Notes: generated by a model not told the origin, from the letters alone. A stretch of 64,000 nucleotides of DNA from Nitrospirota bacterium (GCA_015233365.1 JADFXU010000003.1:41307-105306); one strand, 5' to 3'. Positions 1 through 11,309 are shown, counted from the stretch's first letter. Numbers and translations: made by a program.

Positions 1-689
1 CCGTAGAGCATTATCCCCGGCCTGACCGCATCATAGTGGGCTTCCGGAAGCGACATCACCGCCGCGCTGTTCGCCAAATGACACACAGGGATATGCAACC
101 CGGCCGCAGACAGATTCTTCCTCAGCGTATCGAACACACTGATCTGGGAACGTGCAAAAGAGAGATATTTAAGGTCGGCATCGCAGAAATGGCTCATCAT
201 CCCTTCGATATTGATTCCCTGCAGCCGGGAAATCTCGATGATGACTTTTTCACACTCCGAAATGTCACAGCAGTTGTCAGGGACACATCTGAGGCCGAGC
301 CTCCCCATGCCGCTGTCCACTTTGATATGCACTGTGATATGCCGCCCGCGTCTGACCGCCTCGCGCGACAGATCATATGCCGCTTTCAGCGTCCCGACAA
401 CAGGAGTAAGATTGTATTCAAAGGCTTCCTTGACGTCCGGATCAAAAAGCACGAGAATCGGAGCTGATATCCCGGCCTCTCTCAGTTGTATGGCCTCATT
501 CATAAACGCAACCGCAAGATATTCGGCCCCATCTCCGACCAGCCTTTTGGAGACCTCGACAGCGCCGTGCCCGTAAGCATCGGCCTTGACCACAGCGATG
601 ACCGGCCTGCCCCCGGTCATTTGCCTGATCACCCCAAAATTATGGGACACCGCCTGTAAATCTATCTCAGCAACAAGTCCTCTTTCCAT
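1..689 (-). CDS. alr: alanine racemase, N-terminal ~229 codons (C-terminus runs off the left edge)
   Basis: The reverse-strand frame from ATG 689-687 reads MERGLVAEIDLQAVSHNFGVIRQMTGGRPVIAVVKADAYGHGAVEVSKRL... VVKADAYGHG is the PLP-lysine motif of alanine racemases. It is missing from the ORF track because there is no stop inside the window. Plus-strand ORFs 36..467 and 211..576 are shadows of it. Confidence 0.9.
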   Translation of the reverse strand, partial: MERGLVAEIDLQAVSHNFGVIRQMTGGRPVIAVVKADAYGHGAVEVSKRLVGDGAEYLAVAFMNEAIQLREAGISAPILVLFDPDVKEAFEYNLTPVVGTLKAAYDLSREAVRRGRHITVHIKVDSGMGRLGLRCVPDNCCDISECEKVIIEISRLQGINIEGMMSHFCDADLKYLSFARSQISVFDTLRKNLSAAGLHIPVCHLANSAAVMSLPEAHYDAVRPGIMLY

Positions 690-1315
690 ATTCTTTTATT
701 GATTGCCTCATAATCTTCCACAGTATTGATATTTACAAATGATCTGCCCTCAGGGTCTATTTCCCGTATATCAGGTTCGTCGATGAAATAAGTCCTCACG
801 TCGCGCAAAAACCGGACCATCGACGTTTTCTCATGCATAACAGCATCCTCCAGAACAGGCAGAAGCGTTTGTGAATATATGCCCGACAAAGGCTGAGGTT
901 TGTTGTTGAAAACAGGCACAACCGCGTCGCAGGGCCCATATTCTCCGCAGTAACGCAGCCGTCTTTGACGAATGAATGTGATGACCTCTCTGTTCAGAAA
1001 AGGCATATCGCAGGCCACAACAAAAACACCCGGCCCCTTTGCATTAATCAGCGCAGAATAAATTCCTGACATTGGCCCTCTGGAGGCCAACACATCGCCG
1101 ACAAGCGTCGCTCCGAAATGCCCGGCAAGTTCAAAGTACGGTCCGGGGTCATTGGTGCTGATGAATACTTCCCTGAATAATTCCTTAAGCAGTCGAAGAT
1201 TCCCTGCAATAATAGGTGTGCCTTCGATGTTTATGAAGCTTTTTAATTCCGGAAATCTCCGGTTCCTGCCCCCGGCGAGAACAACCGCGGCAGAGACCTC
1301 TTCACACTCGCTCAT
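662..1315 (-). CDS. mobA: molybdenum cofactor guanylyltransferase (MobA-like NTP transferase)
   Basis: 217 aa. N-terminal VVLAGGRNRRF nucleotide-binding loop, ACDMPF motif and MobA-like length. Overlaps alr by 28 nt and amrB by 4 nt, consistent with an operon. Confidence 0.7.
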   Translation of the reverse strand: MSECEEVSAAVVLAGGRNRRFPELKSFINIEGTPIIAGNLRLLKELFREVFISTNDPGPYFELAGHFGATLVGDVLASRGPMSGIYSALINAKGPGVFVVACDMPFLNREVITFIRQRRLRYCGEYGPCDAVVPVFNNKPQPLSGIYSQTLLPVLEDAVMHEKTSMVRFLRDVRTYFIDEPDIREIDPEGRSFVNINTVEDYEAINKRIWKEDLLLR

Positions 1316-2115
1316 TTTACAACTACCCCGGCATACCCGACGACATGATCGTAATCGCCGCTAGCCTCAGCCGACGTCGCGTATTTCACAAGTCGGGCCT
1401 CCAGTGCGCCCAAGGCCTTTGCCGCATAAAGCATTATCGTCGCTGGAATAAAGCCGCACATGGAAATATTCCGGTCCGTCACAATGGTATAAAGCCCTTC
1501 GGGGTTCAGATCAAGCATTTCACGGAGGGCAAGGTCATCGAGTGTCCTGGCAAGCGCATCAGAGACATAATGACTCATGTCCGAACTTGCCACAATTACC
1601 ACCTCGCGGCCCGAATTCCTGACAGCCCTCGCTATACCTTCTCCGATGCTCCGGCAGTCTTTCAGCGAGGCGTTCATTACAGTAACAGGCACTATCCCGA
1701 CGCTGTCCGAAAAATAGGAGATAAACGGCAACTGGACCTCAAGGGAATGCTCGAACTGGTGTGCCTGCGTGTCCCTGGACATGTCAGGGACCTCTGCCGC
1801 AATAGCTCCGGCCAGTTCCTCATCAATAGGCAGTATCCCGGTGGGAATCTCCCATTCCCCCGATGCCATCAGAGAGAGGCGTGGACCGAGCCCGGTATGA
1901 TTAGGCCCCAGGAGGATAAAAGTCTCGGGGAAGCTTATCGACGAATAGACTGCGCCGGCCACATAACCGGAATACATAAGACCGGCATGGGGCGAGAGAA
2001 TGCCGATCGCTTTCTCCCTGACTGCGTCCCTGCTGACATACTGCTCAACCTGGCTCTTCAAGCGTGTTGCCGTACCATAATAAAACTGTCCTGCTACAGC
2101 GGGAGGTCTCCTCAT
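1312..2115 (-). CDS. amrB: AmmeMemoRadiSam system protein B (MEMO1 family)
   Basis: 267 aa. N-terminal PAVAGQFYYG signature, plus the HAG...Y and SSDMSHY motifs typical of the Memo/AmrB family. Confidence 0.8.
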   Translation of the reverse strand: MRRPPAVAGQFYYGTATRLKSQVEQYVSRDAVREKAIGILSPHAGLMYSGYVAGAVYSSISFPETFILLGPNHTGLGPRLSLMASGEWEIPTGILPIDEELAGAIAAEVPDMSRDTQAHQFEHSLEVQLPFISYFSDSVGIVPVTVMNASLKDCRSIGEGIARAVRNSGREVVIVASSDMSHYVSDALARTLDDLALREMLDLNPEGLYTIVTDRNISMCGFIPATIMLYAAKALGALEARLVKYATSAEASGDYDHVVGYAGVVVK

Positions 2116-3485
2116 CAGTACACCTCTTCTTCAGCCTCGTATGATACGCCGGAGTAATCTACAAACTTGGTGCAATTAGACAGAAAAGTAAGATTAATCA
2201 CACCGGTGGGCCCGTTTCTCTGCTTGGCGATATCGATTTTAATAACATTCCTGACCGCAGGGTTATCCTTGGCCTGCTCGCCGTCCCTGTAGATAAATAT
2301 GATGACATCGGCATCCTGTTCGATAGCGCCCGATTCCCGTATGTCGGCCAACGTCGGTTTGTTCCCGCTCCGCTGCTCCACAGCCCTGTTGAGCTGACTC
2401 AAGGCGACCACCGGTATTTTCAGTTCTTTGGCAAGGGCCTTCAATGAGCGGGATATTTCCGCTATCTCCTGCTCCCGGCGCTCCAGGTTTCCCCTGCTTC
2501 TCATCAGCTGAAGGTAATCGACTACTACAAGGCTCAGCCCGCGGTGCTCCATCTTGAGCCTCCTTGCCTTGGCCCTTATTTCAAGGACCGTAAGACCCGA
2601 AGAATCATCGATAAAAATGGGGGCTTCGGAAAGCCTGCCTGCCGCGCTTGTGAGTTTCGGCCAATCCTGCCTGTTGATAAACCCTTTCCTCACGTTCGAG
2701 GAATCGACCATGCTTTCTGAGCAGAGCATTCTCATCACTAACTGTTCCTTGGACATTTCCAGGCTGAATACTGCAACGGTTTCCTTCATTTCGATGCCCA
2801 CATGCTGGGCAATATTAAGCGCAAACGCGGTCTTGCCCATGCCGGGTCTCCCCCCGATGATGATCAGTTCGCCCGGCTGAAAGCCCGCGGTCAGCTCATC
2901 GAGGTCTTTGAAACCGGTAGGCACTCCGGTAATCGCCTCTTTTTTGTCATAAAGGTGCTCGATCAATTTAAAGGTGTCTTTAACCACGTCCTTCATGCTG
3001 GCGAAAGAGGTTTTGGTCCTCTTGTCAGCTATATCGAATATGACTTTTTCCGCGTAGTCAACCATCTCGTCCGCCTCAAGATCATCCTCATATACCTTTG
3101 TGTTGATATGCGTAGCAGTCTGTATCAGGGACCTGAGCAGCGACTTCTCACGGACTATTTTCGCATGAAAACGTATGTTTGCAGATGTGGGGATACTGTC
3201 GGCCAGGGTTGACAGGTACGCAATGCCCCCTACGGCATCGAGTTCATCAGTCTTTCTCAGGTGATCGGTGAGCGTAATAATGTCGATGGGATCGTTCTTG
3301 TTGAAAAGATCGAGCATTGAGTTATACAAGCGCCTGTGAGATTCTCTGTAGAAATCCTCGGGTGCCAGCATTTCGAGGGCCTTGGGCAGGGCCTCGTTGT
3401 CAAAGATTATCGCACCGAGAACAGACTGCTCTGCCTCGATGTTCTGGGGAGGCAATTTATCTATGCTTACTCCGGAATCCTTCAC
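2115..3485 (-). CDS. dnaB: replicative DNA helicase
   Basis: 456 aa. PPQNIEAEQSVLGAIIFDNEA N-terminal DnaB motif, Walker A GGRPGMGKTAF, and the RecA-like C-terminal domain (SLEMS, VVDYLQLM). Confidence 0.95.
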   Translation of the reverse strand: MKDSGVSIDKLPPQNIEAEQSVLGAIIFDNEALPKALEMLAPEDFYRESHRRLYNSMLDLFNKNDPIDIITLTDHLRKTDELDAVGGIAYLSTLADSIPTSANIRFHAKIVREKSLLRSLIQTATHINTKVYEDDLEADEMVDYAEKVIFDIADKRTKTSFASMKDVVKDTFKLIEHLYDKKEAITGVPTGFKDLDELTAGFQPGELIIIGGRPGMGKTAFALNIAQHVGIEMKETVAVFSLEMSKEQLVMRMLCSESMVDSSNVRKGFINRQDWPKLTSAAGRLSEAPIFIDDSSGLTVLEIRAKARRLKMEHRGLSLVVVDYLQLMRSRGNLERREQEIAEISRSLKALAKELKIPVVALSQLNRAVEQRSGNKPTLADIRESGAIEQDADVIIFIYRDGEQAKDNPAVRNVIKIDIAKQRNGPTGVINLTFLSNCTKFVDYSGVSYEAEEEVY

Positions 3486-3553
3486 TTTTCACCGTTCATT
3501 GTTCACCATTCACTGTCTGCCGTTAACGGCGAACGGTCAACGGTGAACCTGTC

Positions 3554-3997
3554 TTATTCACTGACCACCTGGACCGTAAACTGGGCGGAGACTTCAGGAT
3601 GGACTTTAACACCCACCGTATAACTTCCCAGTCTCTTGATCGGCTCTTCGAGGACAATCTTTTTCCGGTCGACATCCAATCCTTCCTTCTTGAGCGCTTC
3701 AGCTATATCCATGGCAGTAACAGAGCCGAAAAGCTTCTCTTCCTCCCCGACCTTCGCTTTAATTGTAAGCGTAACAGCCGACAGTTTTGAAGCCACTTCC
3801 TCGGCGCCCGATTTCGCCTTCTTCACCACTTCCTGTATCTTTCTCTTCTCATGTTCCAGGGCCTTGATATTTTTGGGATTAGCTTCCAAAGCCAGCCCTC
3901 TCGGTATCAGAAAATTGCGCGCATATCCATCCTTGACGGTCAGCATTTCTCCTATGTGACCAACGTCTTTAACATCTTCCTTAAGAATAACCTTCAT
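3554..3997 (-). CDS. rplI: 50S ribosomal protein L9
   Basis: 147 aa. [36 protein letters not shown] is the canonical bL9 N-terminus. Confidence 0.95.
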   Translation of the reverse strand: MKVILKEDVKDVGHIGEMLTVKDGYARNFLIPRGLALEANPKNIKALEHEKRKIQEVVKKAKSGAEEVASKLSAVTLTIKAKVGEEEKLFGSVTAMDIAEALKKEGLDVDRKKIVLEEPIKRLGSYTVGVKVHPEVSAQFTVQVVSE

Positions 3998-4294
3998 ACC
4001 AAGAATCTCCTTTCACTGTCAAATTTGACGGTTTCGTATGGTTTTTTATGTCTTTAATAGTATAAACGATCACAAATGAAAATAGGAAATCAGTAGTTGA
4101 TGCCGGGCGGGAGTCGAGATCGCTGAGCTTTTAAAAAGCACATCTCTGATTCATCACCTGACGTTGATCACGGATTTTATCGATTGACGGTAAAAAGAAA
4201 CGCCGGGGCGGTAAAAAGCAGCGCAGCTAAAACTCCATATAGCCGGGGCAGCAGGTCATTGATATGTCCGCTCTTTTCGTGGTAATCTGCCGTT

Positions 4295-7288
4295 ATGCCG
4301 AAAAAGCCAAGTCCCTTAAAAGCCTTAACTTTGAAAACCAAAATCACCTGCCTGGTGCTCCTGCTGTTTTTGTGCAGCATCTGGGTGCTGACGTTCTTTA
4401 TCTCAAAGCGATTGGAACATGAAATGACAGTCCAGATAGAAGCACAGCAGTTCTCAATCGCATCGTACATCGCTGATAGTATTGAAGGCCAAGTCAGGTT
4501 GCGTATTAATTCGCTGACGGCAATTGCCAACATGATCACCCCGGAACTCCTGGCCAACCCCGGTAAACTAAGGGAGTTTCTGTATGTCAGGCCTTTGTTG
4601 GCAACCCTGTTTCAAACCGGGGTTGAGGTGATTTCCAGGGAAGGCATAGGAATTGCCGATTATCCTGTATTACAGGGGCGAGCAGGATCGTCACGTTCAG
4701 AACTCGAATATTTCAAAGAGGTGGTCGCTACCGGAAAACCGGTGGTGGGAAAGCCTTGGATCGGTCGATTTTCGAACAAACGCGTCATCTCTTTTGCCGT
4801 TCCTATTCTTAACCCATCAGGCAAATTTATCGCTGTGTTGGCAGGTTATACATTGCTGTCCGACCCGGCGCTGCTGGGTTCAATCGGAAACTTGGCATAT
4901 AAAGACTTCTCCGACAGACTCACGTTGGTATCTCCCAAATATCGCATGATTGTTACGGGCACTGATCAGACAAGAATAATGACTCCGACACCGGAACCAG
5001 GGGTGAATCCTCTGCATGACAAATTCATGGCAGGCTTTGAAGGTTCAGGAATCTATGTCAACTCACGAGGAATCAGAATGCTTTCATCCGGTAAACAGAT
5101 CCCGACGCCAGGCTGGTTTGTCCGATTGGGACTGCCGACAGAAATGGCATTTGCTCCGATTCATTCCATGCAGAACTGGATTTATTCCATGGCCTTAGGC
5201 CTATCAATAGTAAGTTCGGTACTTGTATTGCTGCTTATCAGGCAAGCAATGCGTCCACTCTATGTTGCAAACAGACTAATAAAGGATATTACTGAGGAAC
5301 GTTTGCCGCCGCAGGATATACCTGTTACTCAATATGATGAGATCGGTCAGCTGCTCACCAGTTTCAATTTGCATCTTCGGTACCGCAAGCAGGTGGAAGC
5401 TGAAAGGGAACAGTTTTACAAATTCTTCCAAGCTTCTTCCGACCTGATGGTAATCGCCGATCCAAATGGGGCTTTTATGAAGACAAACCCTACCTGCACT
5501 GAAATCCTTGGATACTCCGAAACGGAGCTCGTAGCAAAGCCTTTCATAGAATTCATTCATCCTGAGGACAAGCAGTCAACCCTTGATGAAATGGCAAGAC
5601 AACTGCAGAGGGGCTTTTCGCTGAACTTTGAGAACCGATATATATGCAAGGACGGTTCTGTCAAGTGGCTATCATGGCGTGCAACCTATGTTAAAGATGA
5701 AGGGATCACCTATGCCACAGCGCGTGATATCACCGAAATGAAGCTGACGGAGGAGGCGCTGCATAATAGCGAGGCATTTATAAAGAACATTCTTCAAACA
5801 GTAGATGAGGGATTTATTGTCGTTGACAGGGACTATAGAATACTGTCTGCCAACAGGGCGTATTGCAGTTCCGCAAATTTAAGTGCAGAGCAGGTTCTGG
5901 GACGGACGTGTCACGAAATCTCCCATCATCTGCAAATACCGTGCTTTGAGACCGGGGAAGAGTGTCCGGTCAGGCGGGCCTTCGAAACCGGTGATACTTG
6001 CATCGCTTCACATACTCATTTTCTTCATGGCGGCGACAAACGATATGTAGAGATAAAGGCGTTCCCTGTCAGGGACACAACAGGGAATGTGGTATCGGCC
6101 ATCGAGACTATCAATGATATAACTGAGAGGACACTTCTGGAGGACCAACTCAGGCATGCACAAAAACTGGAGTCTTTAGGAACCCTTGCCGGCGGCGTTG
6201 CTCATGATTTCAACAACATATTGACTGCTATAATCGGATATGGCGGCATGATGGAAATGCGCATGGCGAAGGACGATCGAAACATTCCTTATATCAGAGA
6301 GATAATTGCTGCCGCGGATCGCGCAGCTCACTTAACCCAGGCGCTGCTAATTTTCAGCAGGAAGCAGATTGCCGAGATGAAGCAGGTAGGCATTAATGAG
6401 CTGATAGAAGGTATGAGGAAAATGATTCTGAGACTGATCGGCGAGGACATAGACACGAACATTTCTATTTCGGGCGGTAAACTGGTGGTCATGGGAGATT
6501 ACGGGCAGTTGGAACAGGTCCTGATGAACTTAGCGACGAATGCCAGAGACGCCATGCCTGATGGCGGTTCGTTGAGCATTAGAACTGAAATGCATGAAAT
6601 GGACAGCGAATTTATTGAGATTCACGGGTTTGGAAAACAGGGGAAGTATGCCCTGATTTCGGTCTCCGACACAGGAGAAGGGATGGATGAGACGACCCGC
6701 GAAAGAATCTTTGAGCCTTTTTTCACGACAAAAGGTGTTGGCAAAGGCACGGGGCTTGGGCTTTCAATCGTCTACGGCATAGTCAAGAAACATAATGGCT
6801 ATATCAACTGCTACAGCGAACCCGGCAGTGGAACGACATTCAAGATATATTTGCCGGTTGTCAGGGAGGAATTGGTTGACGCGGAAGAGGCAGTTGACAG
6901 CCCAATAGAGGGCGGAAGCGAGACAATCCTGATAGCGGACGATGATGATAGCGTAAGGGGGTTAACCATAGAGTTGCTTGAAAGGTATGGCTACACGGTC
7001 ATAGAGGCGCGGGACGGCGCTGAGGCAGTAGTCAAATTCCTTGATCATAAAGAAAAGGTTAATCTTGTGCTTCTGGACGTGATAATGCCTAAGAAAAGCG
7101 GGAGAGAGGCATTTGAGGAGATTAGAGACATACGGAGTGATGTAAAGATCCTTTTCATCAGCGGGTATACTGAAGATATCATTCAACGGAAGAGGATCAT
7201 AGAGGATCAGTTACCGTTCCTCCAGAAGCCGGCGAAACCGAAAGAACTACTGGGTAAAATACGAGAGATTTTGGATGCGAAGAAGTAG
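4295..7288 (+). CDS. hybrid sensor histidine kinase (TM-flanked periplasmic Cache-like domain, HAMP, 2 PAS, HisKA, HATPase, C-terminal receiver)
   Basis: 997 aa. Two TM segments flank a ~270-aa extracytoplasmic region. PAS repeats, one carrying a CHEISHH...C...CP Cys/His motif. H-box [11 protein letters not shown], then N/G boxes ([24 protein letters not shown]). The REC domain has ILIADDDD...[11 protein letters not shown]. Confidence 0.85.
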   Translation: MPKKPSPLKALTLKTKITCLVLLLFLCSIWVLTFFISKRLEHEMTVQIEAQQFSIASYIADSIEGQVRLRINSLTAIANMITPELLANPGKLREFLYVRPLLATLFQTGVEVISREGIGIADYPVLQGRAGSSRSELEYFKEVVATGKPVVGKPWIGRFSNKRVISFAVPILNPSGKFIAVLAGYTLLSDPALLGSIGNLAYKDFSDRLTLVSPKYRMIVTGTDQTRIMTPTPEPGVNPLHDKFMAGFEGSGIYVNSRGIRMLSSGKQIPTPGWFVRLGLPTEMAFAPIHSMQNWIYSMALGLSIVSSVLVLLLIRQAMRPLYVANRLIKDITEERLPPQDIPVTQYDEIGQLLTSFNLHLRYRKQVEAEREQFYKFFQASSDLMVIADPNGAFMKTNPTCTEILGYSETELVAKPFIEFIHPEDKQSTLDEMARQLQRGFSLNFENRYICKDGSVKWLSWRATYVKDEGITYATARDITEMKLTEEALHNSEAFIKNILQTVDEGFIVVDRDYRILSANRAYCSSANLSAEQVLGRTCHEISHHLQIPCFETGEECPVRRAFETGDTCIASHTHFLHGGDKRYVEIKAFPVRDTTGNVVSAIETINDITERTLLEDQLRHAQKLESLGTLAGGVAHDFNNILTAIIGYGGMMEMRMAKDDRNIPYIREIIAAADRAAHLTQALLIFSRKQIAEMKQVGINELIEGMRKMILRLIGEDIDTNISISGGKLVVMGDYGQLEQVLMNLATNARDAMPDGGSLSIRTEMHEMDSEFIEIHGFGKQGKYALISVSDTGEGMDETTRERIFEPFFTTKGVGKGTGLGLSIVYGIVKKHNGYINCYSEPGSGTTFKIYLPVVREELVDAEEAVDSPIEGGSETILIADDDDSVRGLTIELLERYGYTVIEARDGAEAVVKFLDHKEKVNLVLLDVIMPKKSGREAFEEIRDIRSDVKILFISGYTEDIIQRKRIIEDQLPFLQKPAKPKELLGKIREILDAKK

Positions 7289-7509
7289 GACTACAGTTTT
7301 CTGCCCTTGGTGATATGCCGGTGAAGTATACTCTAGGAAGCGTCTCTTCCAAGTAGAAACGTTGCCATTTGAGCATTCCGCCAAGAAGTCCGTACCGCGG
7401 ACATTTGACCAGATGTGTTGAGTTCACATCCTAACCCTTATGCCACACTGAGCAATTCGTGTAGCAACCTAAGTTAAGCAAATTGCGACTGAATTGATGG
7501 ATGATTAAT

Positions 7510-8721
7510 CTACTCATTCTTATCAGGTAAAGCAGGGATATAGACATGAACAATCGTCCCTTCCTCAAGTTCAGATTCAACAACAATATGTCCTTTGTGA
7601 GCCTTTACTATGGAATAACAAAGGGCAAGGCCAAGGCCAACTCCGCTCCTATAATCCATCTGTTTTGTAGTAAAATACGGCTCAAAGACATTTGGGAGAT
7701 TTTCTTTAGCTATGCCGACCCCGTGGTCTTTAACTAATATTTCTATATAGCGTCCTTCTTGCAGAGGCAGCAGGTCGTGGCGGCTGATAATTAAGTTCTT
7801 TGCCATGATATCAATAACCCCTCCGTTTGGCATGGCATCACTTGCATTTTCAACCAATTCTCGTATTACCTGGGAAATCTGTCTCTCGTCTATTTCGGCA
7901 GACCACAGATCATCCGGAATTGATAAATTGAACCTGTAGTTTGAATTTTTTGCTAATAGTCCTGATAAATCCTGTAATAATCGGAGAAGTGACAATGTCT
8001 TTTTTACTACTGTGACGCCTGATGCAAATTGATCCAGTTGATGAGTCAATTCTTTCGCTTTAACGCAAGCACTTTCTGCAACTGTCAGATACTCATGAGC
8101 CTGTTCGGAAGGTGGAACAAGTGCCTTGGATAGCGATATGTACCCTAAAATTGACGTCAACAGGTTGTTAAAATCATGAGTTATGCCTTTTGTAAGTATG
8201 GAGATCGATTCAAGTTTACTGTTCTTTAAGAGTTCCTCCTCCATTTTTTTCCGCTCGGTTATGTCCCTGCAAACAGTCAGAATCCTGTCGGTTTCCGAAG
8301 TCCGCAAGACAGTGGCATTTATTTCCAAGGGCGTAATTTTGCTTTCTTTGTCAACATAATCGATTTCCAAATTGCGGACAAAACCAAGTTCAAAGCACTT
8401 TCTGACCTCCTCGGCATTTCGTTCCAGATCATGTTTCGCAGTCCATTCCACGACATTCTTTCCAAGTATTTCTTCCAGCCCGAGGTGCCCGGTCATCCTC
8501 ACATATTCCTGATTTGCGTCAATTACTCTGCCCTGGCTGTCAAGAATGACGTAGCCTGTGTTTGTCATTTCAATAAGTAATTTGTATTTCTCTTCGCTCT
8601 CAAGCACCATTTTTTTTGAGCGGCTATGTCCGCTTTCTGATTTCTCTAAATGTTTGATTTCTTTATGAAGCATTTTAAGTTTGTCGGGCAATTCTTCTTT
8701 TGTTTTATCGGTATCCGTCAT
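7510..8721 (-). CDS. cytoplasmic PAS sensor histidine kinase
   Basis: 403 aa. Coiled-coil N-terminus, a PAS domain, H-box ITHDFNNLLTSILG and an HATPase domain (ENASDAMP, DHGVGI, GVGLGLA). Confidence 0.85.
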   Translation of the reverse strand: MTDTDKTKEELPDKLKMLHKEIKHLEKSESGHSRSKKMVLESEEKYKLLIEMTNTGYVILDSQGRVIDANQEYVRMTGHLGLEEILGKNVVEWTAKHDLERNAEEVRKCFELGFVRNLEIDYVDKESKITPLEINATVLRTSETDRILTVCRDITERKKMEEELLKNSKLESISILTKGITHDFNNLLTSILGYISLSKALVPPSEQAHEYLTVAESACVKAKELTHQLDQFASGVTVVKKTLSLLRLLQDLSGLLAKNSNYRFNLSIPDDLWSAEIDERQISQVIRELVENASDAMPNGGVIDIMAKNLIISRHDLLPLQEGRYIEILVKDHGVGIAKENLPNVFEPYFTTKQMDYRSGVGLGLALCYSIVKAHKGHIVVESELEEGTIVHVYIPALPDKNE

Positions 8722-8871
8722 GTTTAGCCTCTTACAACAAACTGTTTATTCCTAATAACAATTATATAATGAAAATATCCACATGGGTAATTCCGTGTGT
8801 AATTCCGTGGACACAATATTTAATTCTTAACAGAGAAAGGGAAGATAAGTAGTGTGTCCCCGGAATTCGGT

Positions 8872-9018
8872 TCAGGTCTTAACCAATTGCAACCACAGAT
8901 AAAGGCTCTTGGTAGATATCCCAAGCCTTTTGCACGCTTCCCGTACACCGTACCCACGCTCAACTACCTGCTTGACCGCCTCAGCCTTGAACTCCTCCGT
9001 AAACCTCCGGTTCGACAT
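8872..9018 (-). pseudogene. relic of an IS3-family transposase OrfA (HTH part only, 48 codons)
   Basis: The reverse strand reads MSNRRFTEEFKAEAVKQVVERGYGVREACKRLGISTKSLYLWLQLVKT*. This matches the conserved N-terminus of IS3/IS911 OrfA proteins (xRRxFxxEFKxxAV...G.S...L..W) but stops after the HTH, and no orfB follows. It is flanked by short inverted pieces (AATTCCGTGGACAC and GTGTCCCCGGAATT, roughly 8797-8866). Confidence 0.55.
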
Positions 9019-9144
9019 AGACACCTCCTGGTATGCTTCCAATTATACCTTTAAATGTGTCTACCAAACCAGGGGAACTCCATTTATAGTATGATAAAGT
9101 ATCATAATGCCCAGAGATAAGTTTGTTATACCGACGAATCTATT

Positions 9145-10239
9145 ATGAAAGCTTTAAGAAGATATCTCAATAGTCAACGCCCTTCGTTGTTCGCGTTTCT
9201 GTCATTAGTTTGGGTCTTTCTCATCGGGGTTATTGATTACATGACGGGCGTACAGATTAGTTTATCTATATTTTATCTGATGCCCATTGCCTTTGCAGCC
9301 TGGTTTGTTGGGAAAAGAGTTGGTGTATCAATAGCCATTGCAAGCGTTGTAGCCTGGCTTTCCTGTGAGTTACTGTGGAACATCCCCTATTCAAACCCTT
9401 TTATCCCCTACTGGAATGCAGCGGTTAGACTGAGCGTTTTTATTATTATTGTTTTTCTTCTCTCGAAAATCAAAACGTTCAACCGAAATCTGGAAGAAAA
9501 GATACAAGAGAGGACTGCCGCTTTAATTGCGGAAGTTGACGAACGCAAACTGGCCGGGGAAAAAATTCTCAGTTATCAAAAAGACCTCCAAATGCTCATG
9601 CAAAGATTATCATTATTGGAAGAACAAAAAAGAAAAGAAATCTCCGAAGAACTGCACGATAACATCGGTCAAACCCTCGCTCTGTCAAAAATCAAACTCA
9701 CATCGTTGCAACAATCGACTTCTTGTCCCGATATCTCCAGTGAATTGAAAGAGATAAGAGAATTGATTGAGCAGTCGATCCAATTTACAAGATCCTTATC
9801 TTTTGAGCTCAGTTCTCCTATCCTCCACAAATTGGGTTTTATAGCGGCCATAAAGTGGCTCTGTGAGCATTTTAAAGAAAAATATGGGATCACGATTGAA
9901 TTCACTCACGATGATATTTTCAGGCAATTAGACGCTGATAAAAACGTTCTTCTTTTCAAAACGATACAGGAGCTGTTAATAAATATCGTCAAACATGCGA
10001 ATACACATATGGCAAGAATCACTATGACAAGCGAAGGCAACAACCTGCGGATTGAGGTCAAAGACGAGGGGGTTGGCTTGGATACTTCGAATGGCGATTA
10101 TAATAGAAAAGGAAGCCTTGGATTATTTATCATAAAGGAGCGAATAAATTATCTCGGAGGTACGTTTGAGATAGCCTCTGAACCCAAATGCGGAACCCGG
10201 TGCACCATAGTTGTTCCTTATAAAAGAGAGATGGTATGA
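9145..10239 (+). CDS. membrane sensor histidine kinase, HisKA_3 (NarX/LiaS-like) class
   Basis: 364 aa. Four N-terminal TM helices and a coiled coil. H-box ELHDNIGQTL (HisKA_3) and an HATPase_c domain (NIVKHAN, DEGVG). Confidence 0.85.
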   Translation: MKALRRYLNSQRPSLFAFLSLVWVFLIGVIDYMTGVQISLSIFYLMPIAFAAWFVGKRVGVSIAIASVVAWLSCELLWNIPYSNPFIPYWNAAVRLSVFIIIVFLLSKIKTFNRNLEEKIQERTAALIAEVDERKLAGEKILSYQKDLQMLMQRLSLLEEQKRKEISEELHDNIGQTLALSKIKLTSLQQSTSCPDISSELKEIRELIEQSIQFTRSLSFELSSPILHKLGFIAAIKWLCEHFKEKYGITIEFTHDDIFRQLDADKNVLLFKTIQELLINIVKHANTHMARITMTSEGNNLRIEVKDEGVGLDTSNGDYNRKGSLGLFIIKERINYLGGTFEIASEPKCGTRCTIVVPYKREMV

Positions 10240-10886
10240 ATGTAAACATTCTCATTGCCGATGACCACAGGATTATGCGCGAGGGCCTTCGCGCACTGCT
10301 TGAAAAGCAAAATGACTTTGAAGTTATTGCCGAGGCAGGTGACGGAAGGACGGCTGTCAGGCTTTCCCGGGAACTCTCTCCGGATATCGTGATTATGGAT
10401 ATAAGCATGCCGGAATTAAACGGAATAGAAGCAACCAGAATGATCATAACGAAGAATCCTCACACAAAGGTCATTGCGCTGTCAATGCTTTCCAGCAATA
10501 ATTTTGCAATCGAAATGTTCAAAGCAGGATGCTCAGCCTATATCCTCAAGGATTGCGCTTGGGAAGAGCTGGTTTATGCCATTCATACGGTTTTAAATGG
10601 TCAAATCTATTTAAGCCCCGTTATGGCAACCTCTTTCATGAAAGACTTTCTCCAGAAATCCGGGAAGGAAACTCCGCTCTCGGCCTTTTCGATCCTTACA
10701 AACAGAGAGCGCGAAGTTTTGCAGCTTTTTGCCGAAGGTAAATCTACAAAGGAGATTGCAGCCCTTCTGCAGGTAAGCCCGAAGACCATTGAGACACAAC
10801 GGCAGAGTATCTTCAGCAAGCTTAATATCAAAAGCGTGGCCGAACTTACCCGATATGCTATAAGAGAGGGACTAATCTCACCGTAA
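10236..10886 (+). CDS. NarL/LuxR-family response regulator (REC + LuxR HTH)
   Basis: 216 aa. ILIADDH...VIMDISMP receiver domain and a C-terminal LTNREREVLQLFAEGKSTKEIA GerE/LuxR HTH. ATGA overlap with the preceding kinase. Confidence 0.9.
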   Translation: MNVNILIADDHRIMREGLRALLEKQNDFEVIAEAGDGRTAVRLSRELSPDIVIMDISMPELNGIEATRMIITKNPHTKVIALSMLSSNNFAIEMFKAGCSAYILKDCAWEELVYAIHTVLNGQIYLSPVMATSFMKDFLQKSGKETPLSAFSILTNREREVLQLFAEGKSTKEIAALLQVSPKTIETQRQSIFSKLNIKSVAELTRYAIREGLISP

Positions 10887-11120
10887 TCCCTGTCGCACGA
10901 CGTTTTTGCCTTTCCTCTATATCTTCGACCCATTTCGCACCCATAATTTATCCGGATCAGGAATTTTCTGATTTCATGCTTCTATATTCCTGATTGATAA
11001 ACCCCTCAGGAATAGGTTTTACTTTGAATATTCTTCGTGCCCCGTGATCATGCCGCGGGAGCCGTGCATCATCTGGATAGTGAAGCAGTGATCAGCACTG
11101 TCGAGGGGAGGAGGAGGAAC

Positions 11121-11246
11121 ATGGAGAGGAAGAATATCGCAGAGTTCGGAAGGATATTACTTCATGTCCTTATAACGGGCAGTGTCGTGTATGGAGTTGA
11201 TGATGCTGCTTTGAAAAAGAGGAGCATAACGATATTTCACCATTAG
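11121..11246 (+). CDS. hypothetical 41-aa protein (speculative)
   Basis: The ATG is preceded by a very strong SD (GGGGAGGAGGAGGAAC). The peptide is MERKNIAEFGRILLHVLITGSVVYGVDDAALKKRSITIFHH. No recognisable family. Confidence 0.2.
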   Translation: MERKNIAEFGRILLHVLITGSVVYGVDDAALKKRSITIFHH

Positions 11247-11309
11247 TAGAGAATTCTCCATACATAGGACTTTTTGTATTGCTCCTGCTGGGAGGAGGTA
11301 TTTATAAAT

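Noticed and set aside
3486-3553. An imperfect ~60-nt stem-loop (TTCACCGTT...AACGGTGAA with a central CCGTTAACGG) lies between rplI and dnaB. rplI also lacks the usual rpsF-priB-rpsR partners upstream.
   Set aside because: The short stem (9 bp plus fragments) fits an ordinary intercistronic hairpin or partial terminator. The uncoupling of rplI from rpsF/rpsR is a gene-order variant, not a system.
7289-7509. The convergent intergenic region between two kinase genes, with ORF 7197..7427.
   Set aside because: It contains only 5-6-bp hairpins. The ORF overlaps the kinase 3' end and has no recognisable motif or SD.
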